A stretch of 64,000 nt of DNA. It comes from Desulfobacterales bacterium (lineage in GTDB: Bacteria > Desulfobacterota > Desulfobacteria > Desulfobacterales > UBA5616). The notes below the pieces were generated by a model, which was not told the origin of the DNA, made no database searches, and saw only the letters and a program-made list of their open reading frames with translations. Position 1 is the first letter of the stretch. Every line of letters starts with the position of its first letter. The position numbers and the translations under genes were made by a program. This document shows positions 13,101 to 20,987 of this stretch, one piece after another. The stretch lies in assembly GCA_046483495.1 (NCBI GenBank), contig JAWODC010000082.1, forward strand, positions 20,482 through 84,481, given 5' to 3'.

Positions 13101-16100
13101 CACCCGAGTTCAGGTAATGGACAAGCGCCACGAACCCCAACGGTTCAAAAAAACTTCCATCGTGGGTGCCGGCTCGAATGCCGAACCCGAAAAACGTACC
13201 GAAAACCGTCTGCCGTCCGTCACGAGACGGTGGTCGAATGGTTCGGATTTTGCAGCCGAGGCTTTCAAGACCGTGCAGGAAGGGCTCAAATCCATGCAGT
13301 CGCTGCAGCAGCAGACCACCAGGGCTCATGAGACGTTTCTCCAAACGCAAATGGAATCCAACAAAACCCTCCAGATGATGATTCAAAGCACGCAACGGCT
13401 CGTGGAAAACGCAATGGGATTGGAACCGAACATTTCCGATGCCGATATCGAACGGCTTTCTGCGTCAGCTTCAGCCGGGCTGCAGGAGGAAGAAAAATTC
13501 GCTGCGGATTCGTCGAAGGCCGTGATCGGGAAAACTATCGTTCCAACGGCTGAAACGCCCGGTGGTGAAACGCATCACGATCGTGACCGCATCATCAGCA
13601 CCCTGCTTCAAACCGTCTCCGATCTTACCGGATATCCCGTGGAAATGCTGGGATTGGACCTGGACATGGAAGCCGATTTGGGCATCGACTCCATCAAGCG
13701 CGTGGAAATCCTCTCCGCACTCGAGGAAAAAATTTCGGGACTGCCCCCTGTCGAACCCGAAATGATGGGGACACTGAAGACGCTGGGTCAGATCATCGAG
13801 GTTTTGCTGTCCCATACCCCTTCGACCGAGGCCTCCCCGCACGAGGCCGAACCCGAACACCCGCCGGTCGAAACCTCGGCATCTGCCGATTCGACGGACC
13901 TGGCCGATATCCTGCTGGCCACCGTCTCCGATCTCACCGGGTATCCCGTGGAAATGCTGGGGTTGGACCTGGACATGGAAGCCGACCTGGGCATCGACTC
14001 CATCAAACGCGTGGAGATTCTCTCCGCACTCGATGAAAAAATCCCGGGATTGCCGCCCGTCGAACCTGAAATGATAGGCTCGCTGAAGAAACTCGGCCAA
14101 ATCATCGACTATCTGCGTTCACCGGTTTCATCCGGAGGTGATTCCGTTGGCCGTGCAAAAGAGCCGGAAGTCATCGAGCAGGAATCGCCGGTCTTGTCTG
14201 GTCCTTTTTTAAAAGCCGTCGACATCCAGCGCCAAACCGTTTCGCTTCGACAAAAACCCTACCGCCGTAAACAGCGGTTTCCTATTGAGAAAGGAAAAAC
14301 GATATACGTGATGGATGAACCCGCCGGACTATCGCGGGCCATTGCAGGTGAACTTGAACGGCGGGGTCTGAATGCCGTTCTGTTTGCACCGCACCTGCCG
14401 TTGGATTGCGAAATGCTGCATGAAGCAGCCGGATTGATCCTGCTGCCGGACTGCCGGACCGAACGATTTTACACTCCGGACTATCGAACGGAAAGCATGT
14501 TTCTCAAAGCAGCGCTTACGGCCGCAAAAACGGCTGCCCCTGCGCTGCGGCATACCGGTAAGCAAAAAGCCGCTTTTCTGGCCGGCCTTGTTCGGCTTGA
14601 CGGTGCATTCGGTTTTAAGGGTCCGGATGTCGCCCTGCCGATATCAGCCGGGCTTGCCGGTCTGGTCAAAACCGCCGCCATTGAATGGCCTGAGGTGCGT
14701 TGCCGCTGCTTCGACCTTTCGCCGGATTGGAAAGAGCATTCGGAAATTGCCGCCGCAGTCGCCGATGAACTGTTGAACGACGACCGGGAATGCCCGTTGG
14801 AAATCGGGTTGAGTGCCCGGGAACGTGTCGAATTGGTATCCACGCCTTCGCCTTCCCCGGAAGGGGTGCTCCACCTGGGACCGGAAGACATCGTTTTGGC
14901 GACCGGGGGCGCCCGCGGCGTGACCGCGGCTGCGGCCACTGCATTGGCCCGGGAATCCGGGGCCGTATTCGTGCTTCTGGGCCGCTCTCCCGGACCCTTC
15001 GAAGAGCCGGAATGGTTGAAGGCAGTTACCCGTGAAGCGGCAATGAAAAAGGCCATTCTCGAAAATGAATGTTCAGGCCATGTTGTCAAACCGGTTGACC
15101 TGGAAAAGCGATATGCCTATTACGCGGCAAACCGTGAACTCGTTCGCACACTGAAGAGCATAAAGGCCTGCGGTGCCCATGCCGAGTATTATTCGGTGGA
15201 CGTGAACGACCAAAGCGCCGTTTTGTCGGTGTGCGAACGGATACGCAACACCTATGGCCGGATTTCCGCCGTCATTCACGGAGCCGGTGTTCTAAAAGAC
15301 CGTCTGATCGTGGACAAAACCGAAGAGCAGTTCCAGCAGGTATTCGATACCAAGGTGAAAGGAATGCTGAATCTCCTGAATGCCACGCAGACCGATGCCT
15401 TGAAATATGTCGTCCTGTTTTCTTCCATTGCGGCAAGAACCGGCAATAAGGGACAGGCGGATTATGCCATGGCAAACGAGGCGTTGAACAAAATGGCACG
15501 GCACATTGCCTTCCACCGCCCCCGGTGCCGGGTGGTGTCCATCAATTGGGGACCCTGGGATGGGGGAATGGTCAACAAAACCCTGAAGAAAGAATTTAAA
15601 CGCGCTCATATTCCCCTTATCCCCATCGATGCCGGCGCGCAGTGCATGGTGATGGAAATGAAAGGCGAACCCCGGGAAGCGGTGGAGGTGGTGATCGGCG
15701 GACCGCCCTGCGATACGGCAGCCGTTCCGGAACAGAAACACGATCCGTCCGGGTCCGAAAACAAGCGAGCGCACACCTTCCGGAAATTGGCCGTAGCCTT
15801 TGAAAAAACAATTGACATCCACAATTTTCCCATATTGGAATCCCACCGGTTAAACGGCGTACCCGTTGTCCCGTTTGCGCTCATGACCGAATGGTTCGGC
15901 CATGCCTCGCTCCATGAAAATCCCGGCCTGTATCTTTATGGATTTAACGATATGAGGGTATTGAACGGCATCCAATTAAACGGCAACGCGATACGCATTC
16001 GACTTCTGACGGGAAAAATCAGAAAGCTTCATCATGCCTTCGAGGTCGATCTGGAAATCAGAAACAGCGAAACCGGTGATGCCGATCTCGTTTACGCCAG

Positions 16101-16671
16101 GGCCAAAGCCGTTCTGGTCGACGCCCCGATCCAGGCGCCTGATTTTATGCGGCGAGATCTGTTGGACTCGAAAAGCTGCGCAAGGAGTGTAGCCGACGTT
16201 TATGACATGATTTTATTCCATGGCAAAGATCTCCAGGGGCTGAAAGAGATTAAAAGCCTCACCGGCGAAGGAATGGTTGCACGGGTCTCGTCGGCACCCC
16301 TGCCGCGAAAATGGATGAAAAATCCCCTAAGGCATAGGTGGGTGGCGGATCCGCTGGTGCTGGACTCGGCATTTCAGATGGCCTCTGTGTGGTGCTTCGA
16401 AAATCTTGGCAACGTTTCTCTTCCCGTATATATGCAAGACTATCGCCAGTATGTGCCGCAATTTCCGAAAGAGCCGATCACATCCGTGCTCGAAGTGACC
16501 CACGCCGCGCGCCACAAAATGACGGGGAATTTCACCTTCCTCGGCACCCGCAACACCGTCATTGCACAAATGACCGGTTTTGAAGCGGTTGTAGATGAAT
16601 CCCTTTTCCGTGCATTTAAACCGGATGGGAAAGAAGGGCCGAAGGCAAACCGCATCAAAGCCGCCGGGTAA
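10126..16671 (+). CDS. pfaA: PfaA-type iterative type I fatty-acid/polyketide synthase: KS-MAT-ACP-ACP-KR-DH
   Basis: KS: DAACASS, EAHGTGT, KSMIGHTKAAAG. MAT: FPGQGAQ, GHSFGE, AAFHS. Two ACPs: LGIDSIKRVEIL. KR: TGGARGVT, HGAGVLKD, YAMANE, INWGPWDGGMV. DH: LESHRLNGVPVVP. Start uncertain (10099 TTG, 10126 ATG or 10159 GTG). Confidence 0.95.
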   Translation: MMDRHASKEENVSFKTAETSIAVIGMECYFPKSSGLKAYWRLIFRGEDAISDIPDSHWSVDDYYDPDPKKPDRVTCKRGGFLDPIPFDPARFGIPPATLEATDSSQLIALMAARSALEDAGYGNDHRDSDKTSVILGVTGTQELVIPLSSRLEHPKWRKALESAGVDSEKTEEVIRRLSDAFVSWQENSFPGLLGNVVAGRISNRLDLGGTNCVVDAACASSLAAVYMSMLELFSKRSRMVVTGGVDTLNDVFMHMCFSKTSVLSPTSDARPFSKNSDGTVLGEGVGILVLKRLEDAIADSDRIYAVIRGMGTSSDGKSQSIYAPRADGQVKALVNAYETAGVEPATVELIEAHGTGTRVGDEVEFTALRQFFSPFPEKPRALGSVKSMIGHTKAAAGAAGMIKSILSLYHKILPPTLKVEEPDPNLHIEETSFYLNPQTRPWFSGKGLPRRAGVSSFGFGGSNYHAVLEEYDSSKKTASWDGSVEIIALSADDPEQLKQLCIDLKSAFQSAGSFDDIAVAAAATRSAFRNDRPYRLLWVVERSEWGREDDPKRVHAIEAMIESLENNRDVIEIDINNVHFGTSGKPGKIAFMFPGQGAQYVGMASDLTCIFPQMLDVLEQTNAAFGETRLTDLIYPLPVDDRKAKKAQESELTLTNRAQPAIGGISLGMMKILRHFGLVPDAACGHSFGELVALNAAGWIDDVTLITFAVNRGRLMAEAGKAGDKDPGTMTAVKAPLEDLDRLIRQSHTDVILANRNSPNQGVLSGPTEAIEKAESLCKDNGYKTIRLPVAAAFHSRLLKDAQKPFMKIVTDSAMTPTDIPVYSNTLGAPYPADSDKAKTILGEQILCPVDFVNDVKHLHASGVNVFLEVGPKTVLSGLVKAILGDRAVHMVALDESGGRKSGIWDLATALCRLAALGYPVMIDKWENGGGPSDPPKKPAMEILISGTNYRASKKSGPASNAKEKRPTDSRENTPDAAKPPKIDMPEKIMTTRVQVMDKRHEPQRFKKTSIVGAGSNAEPEKRTENRLPSVTRRWSNGSDFAAEAFKTVQEGLKSMQSLQQQTTRAHETFLQTQMESNKTLQMMIQSTQRLVENAMGLEPNISDADIERLSASASAGLQEEEKFAADSSKAVIGKTIVPTAETPGGETHHDRDRIISTLLQTVSDLTGYPVEMLGLDLDMEADLGIDSIKRVEILSALEEKISGLPPVEPEMMGTLKTLGQIIEVLLSHTPSTEASPHEAEPEHPPVETSASADSTDLADILLATVSDLTGYPVEMLGLDLDMEADLGIDSIKRVEILSALDEKIPGLPPVEPEMIGSLKKLGQIIDYLRSPVSSGGDSVGRAKEPEVIEQESPVLSGPFLKAVDIQRQTVSLRQKPYRRKQRFPIEKGKTIYVMDEPAGLSRAIAGELERRGLNAVLFAPHLPLDCEMLHEAAGLILLPDCRTERFYTPDYRTESMFLKAALTAAKTAAPALRHTGKQKAAFLAGLVRLDGAFGFKGPDVALPISAGLAGLVKTAAIEWPEVRCRCFDLSPDWKEHSEIAAAVADELLNDDRECPLEIGLSARERVELVSTPSPSPEGVLHLGPEDIVLATGGARGVTAAAATALARESGAVFVLLGRSPGPFEEPEWLKAVTREAAMKKAILENECSGHVVKPVDLEKRYAYYAANRELVRTLKSIKACGAHAEYYSVDVNDQSAVLSVCERIRNTYGRISAVIHGAGVLKDRLIVDKTEEQFQQVFDTKVKGMLNLLNATQTDALKYVVLFSSIAARTGNKGQADYAMANEALNKMARHIAFHRPRCRVVSINWGPWDGGMVNKTLKKEFKRAHIPLIPIDAGAQCMVMEMKGEPREAVEVVIGGPPCDTAAVPEQKHDPSGSENKRAHTFRKLAVAFEKTIDIHNFPILESHRLNGVPVVPFALMTEWFGHASLHENPGLYLYGFNDMRVLNGIQLNGNAIRIRLLTGKIRKLHHAFEVDLEIRNSETGDADLVYARAKAVLVDAPIQAPDFMRRDLLDSKSCARSVADVYDMILFHGKDLQGLKEIKSLTGEGMVARVSSAPLPRKWMKNPLRHRWVADPLVLDSAFQMASVWCFENLGNVSLPVYMQDYRQYVPQFPKEPITSVLEVTHAARHKMTGNFTFLGTRNTVIAQMTGFEAVVDESLFRAFKPDGKEGPKANRIKAAG
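13612..14109 (+). repeat. Intragenic tandem duplication encoding two ACP domains (13612-13800 and 13921-14109)
   Basis: Near-identical DNA (ACCGTCTCCGATCT.ACCGG.TATCCCGTGGAAATGCTGGG..GGCATCGACTCCATCAA.CGCGTGGA) 309 bp apart. Confidence 0.9.
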
Positions 16672-16720
16672 TTTTTTCCGTTGATCACGGCAAATCGTTT
16701 AGGATCAACGGGAAAAAATT
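16670..16720. terminator. Probable bidirectional terminator between convergent pfaA and the iscS-like gene
   Basis: Inverted repeat AATTTTTTCCGTTGATC ... GATCAACGGGAAAAAATT immediately after the pfaA stop. Confidence 0.55.
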
Positions 16721-16733
16721 GGATGAATGGGGT

Positions 16734-16804
16734 CCCCGGCATCCCGGTCTCCCCCCTCAAGCTAATGCCATATGGCACAATTATAGGGGGGGGTAGGGAC
16801 ATGT
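16734..16804. repeat. Degenerate REP-like element, family B
   Basis: CATCCCGGTCTCCCCCCTC...GGGGGGGGTAGGGACATG resembles the copies at 58526, 59113 and 63854, with an inserted short palindrome (TGCCATATGGCA). Confidence 0.5.
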
Positions 16805-16865
16805 CGTGCCGGAAGTCCGGTGAACGGCCGAACAGATTCGGCGGCTGATTTTTAAATCGATGGGT

Positions 16866-18035
16866 TTAACGGGCCTTTTGATACAGTGGGGAAATATCCC
16901 TCAGGGTCTTGACGATGTGCTGCATGGCGGACAAAAATGTTTCGATTTCTTCTTCGGTATTGTCGAGACCGAACGCCAAAACCAGTGTTCCCTGGGCATC
17001 TGCATGGCTTAAACCGATGGACAACAGAACGTGGGATGCCCGCAGAGAACCGGTTGCGCAGGCGGAACGCGTTGAAACGGCGATATTTTCGTCATCCAGC
17101 ATCAGCATGACGCTTTCGCCTTCAATGAATTTGATGGAGACGGATACGAGGTTGGGAAGGCTCTTTTCCTCGGGGGTGTTGATGATATACTCGTCGATAT
17201 AATTCGGTAGTTCGTTCAAGAGCTTTGTTTTTAATTTCGACAGATGTTCCAGGCGCGATGCCATGTGCTTTCGGGCCAAATCGGCGGCCACGCCCATGCC
17301 GATGATGCCGATCAGATTTTCCGTACCGGCACGCTTGTTGCCTTCCTGAACACCGCCGTCCAGCAGCGGCCATATCAGCGTGCCTTTGCGAATGTACAAT
17401 CCTCCGACACCCGTCGGCCCGTAGAACGTATTCGAGGCGAAGCTCATCAAGTCGACGCCCAGTTTTTGAACGTCCATGGGCATCACACCGACCGAGTCCA
17501 CCGCATCGGTATGAAAAATCACCTTTTTTCTCCGGGTGATATCAGCGATCGCTTCAATGGGCTGTATCGTTCCGGTTTCATTGTTGCTGTGCATGATGGA
17601 AACCAGTACGGTCTCGTCGGAAATGGCTTCCTCGATATCCCGTGGATTGACAAATCCCTTGCTGTCCACGGAAACCGAGGTGATTTTAAATCCCTGCCCT
17701 TTCAGCCGTCGAATGCTTCGGGTCACCGCATTGTGCTCGATATTGGAGGTGACGATATGCCGGCCCTTTTCGGCATTGGCCATCGCCACCCCCTTTACGG
17801 CGTGATTTACCGACTCGGTACCCCCTGAATTAAACACGACTTCCTTCGGGTTTTCAGCATTGATGAGCGCTGCTACGGATTCCCGCGCCTTTTCCAGCGC
17901 CGCCGCCGCTTCCTCCCCCTTCTTGTGCTGGCTGGATGGATTTGCATGATCATATTGAATCGCATCGATCATGGCCTGTTTGACTTCGGGAAGCAGGGGC
18001 TTCGAAGAGATATGATCCAGATTTATGATTTTCAT
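16866..18035 (-). CDS. iscS: IscS/NifS-like cysteine desulfurase family protein, non-canonical (PLP lysine absent)
   Basis: ANPSS, FNSGGTES, SNIEH, SNNETGTIQP, HTDAV, RAGTEN, SACATG (catalytic Cys), SHVL. The usual S(A/G)HK(F/I)YGPKG reads ASNTFYGPTG. Confidence 0.88.
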   Translation of the reverse strand: MKIINLDHISSKPLLPEVKQAMIDAIQYDHANPSSQHKKGEEAAAALEKARESVAALINAENPKEVVFNSGGTESVNHAVKGVAMANAEKGRHIVTSNIEHNAVTRSIRRLKGQGFKITSVSVDSKGFVNPRDIEEAISDETVLVSIMHSNNETGTIQPIEAIADITRRKKVIFHTDAVDSVGVMPMDVQKLGVDLMSFASNTFYGPTGVGGLYIRKGTLIWPLLDGGVQEGNKRAGTENLIGIIGMGVAADLARKHMASRLEHLSKLKTKLLNELPNYIDEYIINTPEEKSLPNLVSVSIKFIEGESVMLMLDDENIAVSTRSACATGSLRASHVLLSIGLSHADAQGTLVLAFGLDNTEEEIETFLSAMQHIVKTLRDISPLYQKAR

Positions 18036-18047
18036 GTGAGTATCCCC

Positions 18048-18563
18048 TTAGTGATGATCCTCTGCCAGGTCGGTCTGGCAAGCTTTGCAGAAGGTTGTAT
18101 CCTCTCGAATTTCCACGTCGCAGTAAGGGCAGTAGCACTTGTCCCCGTGGTTATGCTCGTGTTTTTCCTTGCGCTTCAACTCAACGGGCGGCTTTCCGCT
18201 CTTCCGCGCCTCGTAATCCTTCAGTGCCATCTGAAGCGCATCGGCACCCAGATTCGAGCAGTGGAGTTTGTTTTTCGGCAGCCCTTCCAGTGCCTCTGCG
18301 ACATCCTTGTTCGTAATCGTTTTTGCATCCGCCACCGTTTTGCCTTTGGCGATTTCCGTCAGCATGCTGGATACGGCAATAGCCGACCCGCATCCGAATG
18401 TCTGAAATTTAATATCCTCTATTTTATCGTCCTTTATCTTCAGGTATATGGTCATCATATCCCCGCATAAAGGATTTCCCACTTCGCCGACACCATCCGC
18501 ATCCTCGATCGTGCCCACGTTCCTGGGATTCCTGAAATGGTCCATAACCGTTTTGGAATACAT
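18048..18563 (-). CDS. iscU: Fe-S cluster scaffold IscU/NifU-N with C-terminal His-rich linker and Cys4 zinc-ribbon-like tail
   Basis: MYSKTVMDHFRNPRNVG, GNPLCGD, FQTFGCGSAIA, KLHCSNL, then KHEHNHGDKCYCPYC...FCKAC. Confidence 0.92.
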   Translation of the reverse strand: MYSKTVMDHFRNPRNVGTIEDADGVGEVGNPLCGDMMTIYLKIKDDKIEDIKFQTFGCGSAIAVSSMLTEIAKGKTVADAKTITNKDVAEALEGLPKNKLHCSNLGADALQMALKDYEARKSGKPPVELKRKEKHEHNHGDKCYCPYCDVEIREDTTFCKACQTDLAEDHH

Positions 18564-18650
18564 CGGCTTTCCTCCTTTGGTATGCCGTTTATGTGAAGTG
18601 CGTCTCGCTTTCCAGTATAATCATCAAAACCGTTTAGTAAAGGATTCAGC

Positions 18651-18854
18651 CTATATTCGGCCGCTTTGAACCAGTCGTGCAAAATGATCGAAAGAACGGT
18701 CATAGGTCCTCTCCGCATCATCGGGAAAGCAGCAGGCCGGCAGCTGACGGCTTTTGACATGATAAGATATGCACTCGCAGCAATTGCCTTTCCTGGAGCA
18801 CGGCTCGTAACTGCAGTTGCACATCGTCAGATTGGCCTCTTTTTTACATTCCAT
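18651..18854 (-). CDS. Small Cys-rich protein (DUF6485-like)
   Basis: [32 protein letters not shown]...[19 protein letters not shown] upstream of ATG 18854. Confidence 0.75.
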   Translation of the reverse strand: MECKKEANLTMCNCSYEPCSRKGNCCECISYHVKSRQLPACCFPDDAERTYDRSFDHFARLVQSGRI

Positions 18855-18958
18855 GATAACATCTCCAAAATTGACATATTTTTCGCCTGGTGTCCATCCC
18901 GGCAAACCGCTTCAGCCCCGATCCAAAAAACGGGCCTTTTCGTGGGGATGAACGCTGT

Positions 18959-19972
18959 CTACTCTTTTCGGTTTATCGCCTCCACCGCCTCCAATGCCGC
19001 ATCACGCAATTCAAGATCCGGATTTTGATTTAAAATTTCTTTTATGTACGGCAGTGTCTCGTCTTTACCACCGACTAGGCCGAGCACATAGAGAATATCG
19101 CCCTTCACCGGATGAGACGCGGCCGGATAAAGGGCCATCAGCGGTTCTGCAACGGATTGCGCCAACCGGGCATCCCGGGCCGTGATCTCCTCAACGGCCA
19201 CCATGGCGCCCAGGCGAACCGGCCACTTTTCATGAACCAAAAGATCCAGAAGAGCGGGAAATACATTCTTTCTGGAAACCATCCATTCAGCCAAACGGCT
19301 TGCCCCGCCCTCCTTCAGCAGGTTTTCCATGGTTTGACCCCCCATTCGTGCGGGATCACGATGTCGAACAGCCTCGATAATCTCCTTTGCACCGACTTCT
19401 CCATGCCATCTGAAATCATTGTCCAGCAGCAGCGCCGGTACGGACGTGACATGATGTTCGGATGCCTTTTCAGGGAAGAGAAGCCCGTCGATCACCGTTA
19501 AGCTCAGCAGCGGGCACCCGGCTGTCAACGGCAGGATACGGTGCATCATTTTAGGGCAGTACGGGCAAAAGCCTGTGACAAAGAGCATTAATTCAGCGGG
19601 CGTCTCGATGTCTTCGAGCATTGGGAAGGTCTCCGGCGCAATAGACGAACCATTAGCGAAAAAAAGATCCAGGCCGTCGAGAAAAGGAACCAATTCAGTG
19701 CCGGAGGGAATGGCATGAAAATGCACTTTTTCTCCTAAACGCACGTATGGAATGCCTGTTTCCTCTTTCCGAATTGTCAATCGAATGATTTCGGATATGC
19801 GGGAAAATTCCGTAAAAAAGAGTTGGAAATCGCCGCTTCGATTATCCGGAGTCAAAACCAGCGTCAGGTCGATCGGCCCCGAATGTTTCGTTACCCAATC
19901 GCGAATGATGCCTTTTTCGTGTGCCGGCACAGTGGCGGCCGATCCGCTTCTCTGGTGAGGATTCGACATCAT
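18959..19972 (-). CDS. AhpF-N/protein-disulfide-oxidoreductase-like thioredoxin-fold protein with C-terminal HEAT-like repeats
   Basis: AIPSGTELVPF, FVTGFCPYCP, VTSVPAL (cis-Pro loop); helical tail WPVRLGAMVAVEEI...LRDAALEA. ATGA overlap with the upstream gene. Confidence 0.8.
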   Translation of the reverse strand: MMSNPHQRSGSAATVPAHEKGIIRDWVTKHSGPIDLTLVLTPDNRSGDFQLFFTEFSRISEIIRLTIRKEETGIPYVRLGEKVHFHAIPSGTELVPFLDGLDLFFANGSSIAPETFPMLEDIETPAELMLFVTGFCPYCPKMMHRILPLTAGCPLLSLTVIDGLLFPEKASEHHVTSVPALLLDNDFRWHGEVGAKEIIEAVRHRDPARMGGQTMENLLKEGGASRLAEWMVSRKNVFPALLDLLVHEKWPVRLGAMVAVEEITARDARLAQSVAEPLMALYPAASHPVKGDILYVLGLVGGKDETLPYIKEILNQNPDLELRDAALEAVEAINRKE

Positions 19973-20604
19973 CCGACCGGCTGCGCCTCTTTTTTCTCGA
20001 CCAGGTTCACAACAAGATTCTCCGCCATATCCATACCGACCCGGTCCATGTTCAGCACCAAATCGTAATGGCTCGGATCATCGATATGCTCGACATCCGT
20101 AAAAAAACCCAAAAACCGCCGCCTGATAAGATCGCGCTGACGAATGGATTTTTCCGCATCCGGCCGGGTCAGGTTGTAATTTTCCATCATGAACGCAATC
20201 CGGGATTCCATATTCTGCACCAGCAGAAGATGAACCGTATCCGGAAAATCCTTGAGGATGAATTGGCCGCCTCTGCCGATGATGATCATGTTCCCTTTAT
20301 CATGAATTTCCAAAATAATCTTTCCGATCACATCCACATAATTCTTTTCATTGACAAAGCCGTAACTGTCCGAGAGATGCCTGTCGATAAAACGGGTGTT
20401 CACCAGTTTGTCGATGAACCGCATCAGCATGGAACCGCCCTCTTTTTCAAAATATTGGATCTGGGCGGAAGACACCTTGAGCTTGGACGCCGCCTCTTTT
20501 ATCATATTTTCGTTGATGCAGCCATAGCCAAGCCGCGTCGACAATCGCGAGGCAAGCGTCCATCCTCCTGCTCCAAACAGTCGTGAGATGGTAATTACCG
20601 CCAT
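19969..20604 (-). CDS. Cytidylate kinase-like family protein
   Basis: MAVITISRLFGAGG, IIIGRGGQFILKD, RQRDLIRRRF, DPSHYDLVLNMD. Confidence 0.85.
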   Translation of the reverse strand: MAVITISRLFGAGGWTLASRLSTRLGYGCINENMIKEAASKLKVSSAQIQYFEKEGGSMLMRFIDKLVNTRFIDRHLSDSYGFVNEKNYVDVIGKIILEIHDKGNMIIIGRGGQFILKDFPDTVHLLLVQNMESRIAFMMENYNLTRPDAEKSIRQRDLIRRRFLGFFTDVEHIDDPSHYDLVLNMDRVGMDMAENLVVNLVEKKEAQPVG

Positions 20605-20987
20605 TTCCTGTAGTCCTCCGATAATGTTTTAATTTTTTTCATATTATCACGTTTTCATCGGAAGCTCAAAAATTTATAATTATTTCGAAAAGATTAAAAG
20701 TGTATAGATTAATTTGCTAAAAGAGTCAAAATTGTATATGTAAGCTTTTCAGGTTGTTTCGTCTATTTTTTTCACTTGAATAAAAATATCCTTCAAAAGT
20801 TCTTTTTCGATGACGAAAAAGCTATGATTATTCATGCTGAAAAGAAACTCCGGATATTTGCCAAAACCCCTAAACGACATGTAATCGAATTCTCATGCCC
20901 ATCCGATAATGTCGGCCTGTCGGGTTCCTCAGGACCGGGGCCGTTATTTTTTGCCGAATTCTATACTTATATTCTCCAATTCAATTC

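Noticed and set aside
18048..19972. Selenocysteine recoding in the redox/Fe-S genes
   Set aside because: The Cys motifs use ordinary codons and no in-frame TGA interrupts these ORFs.
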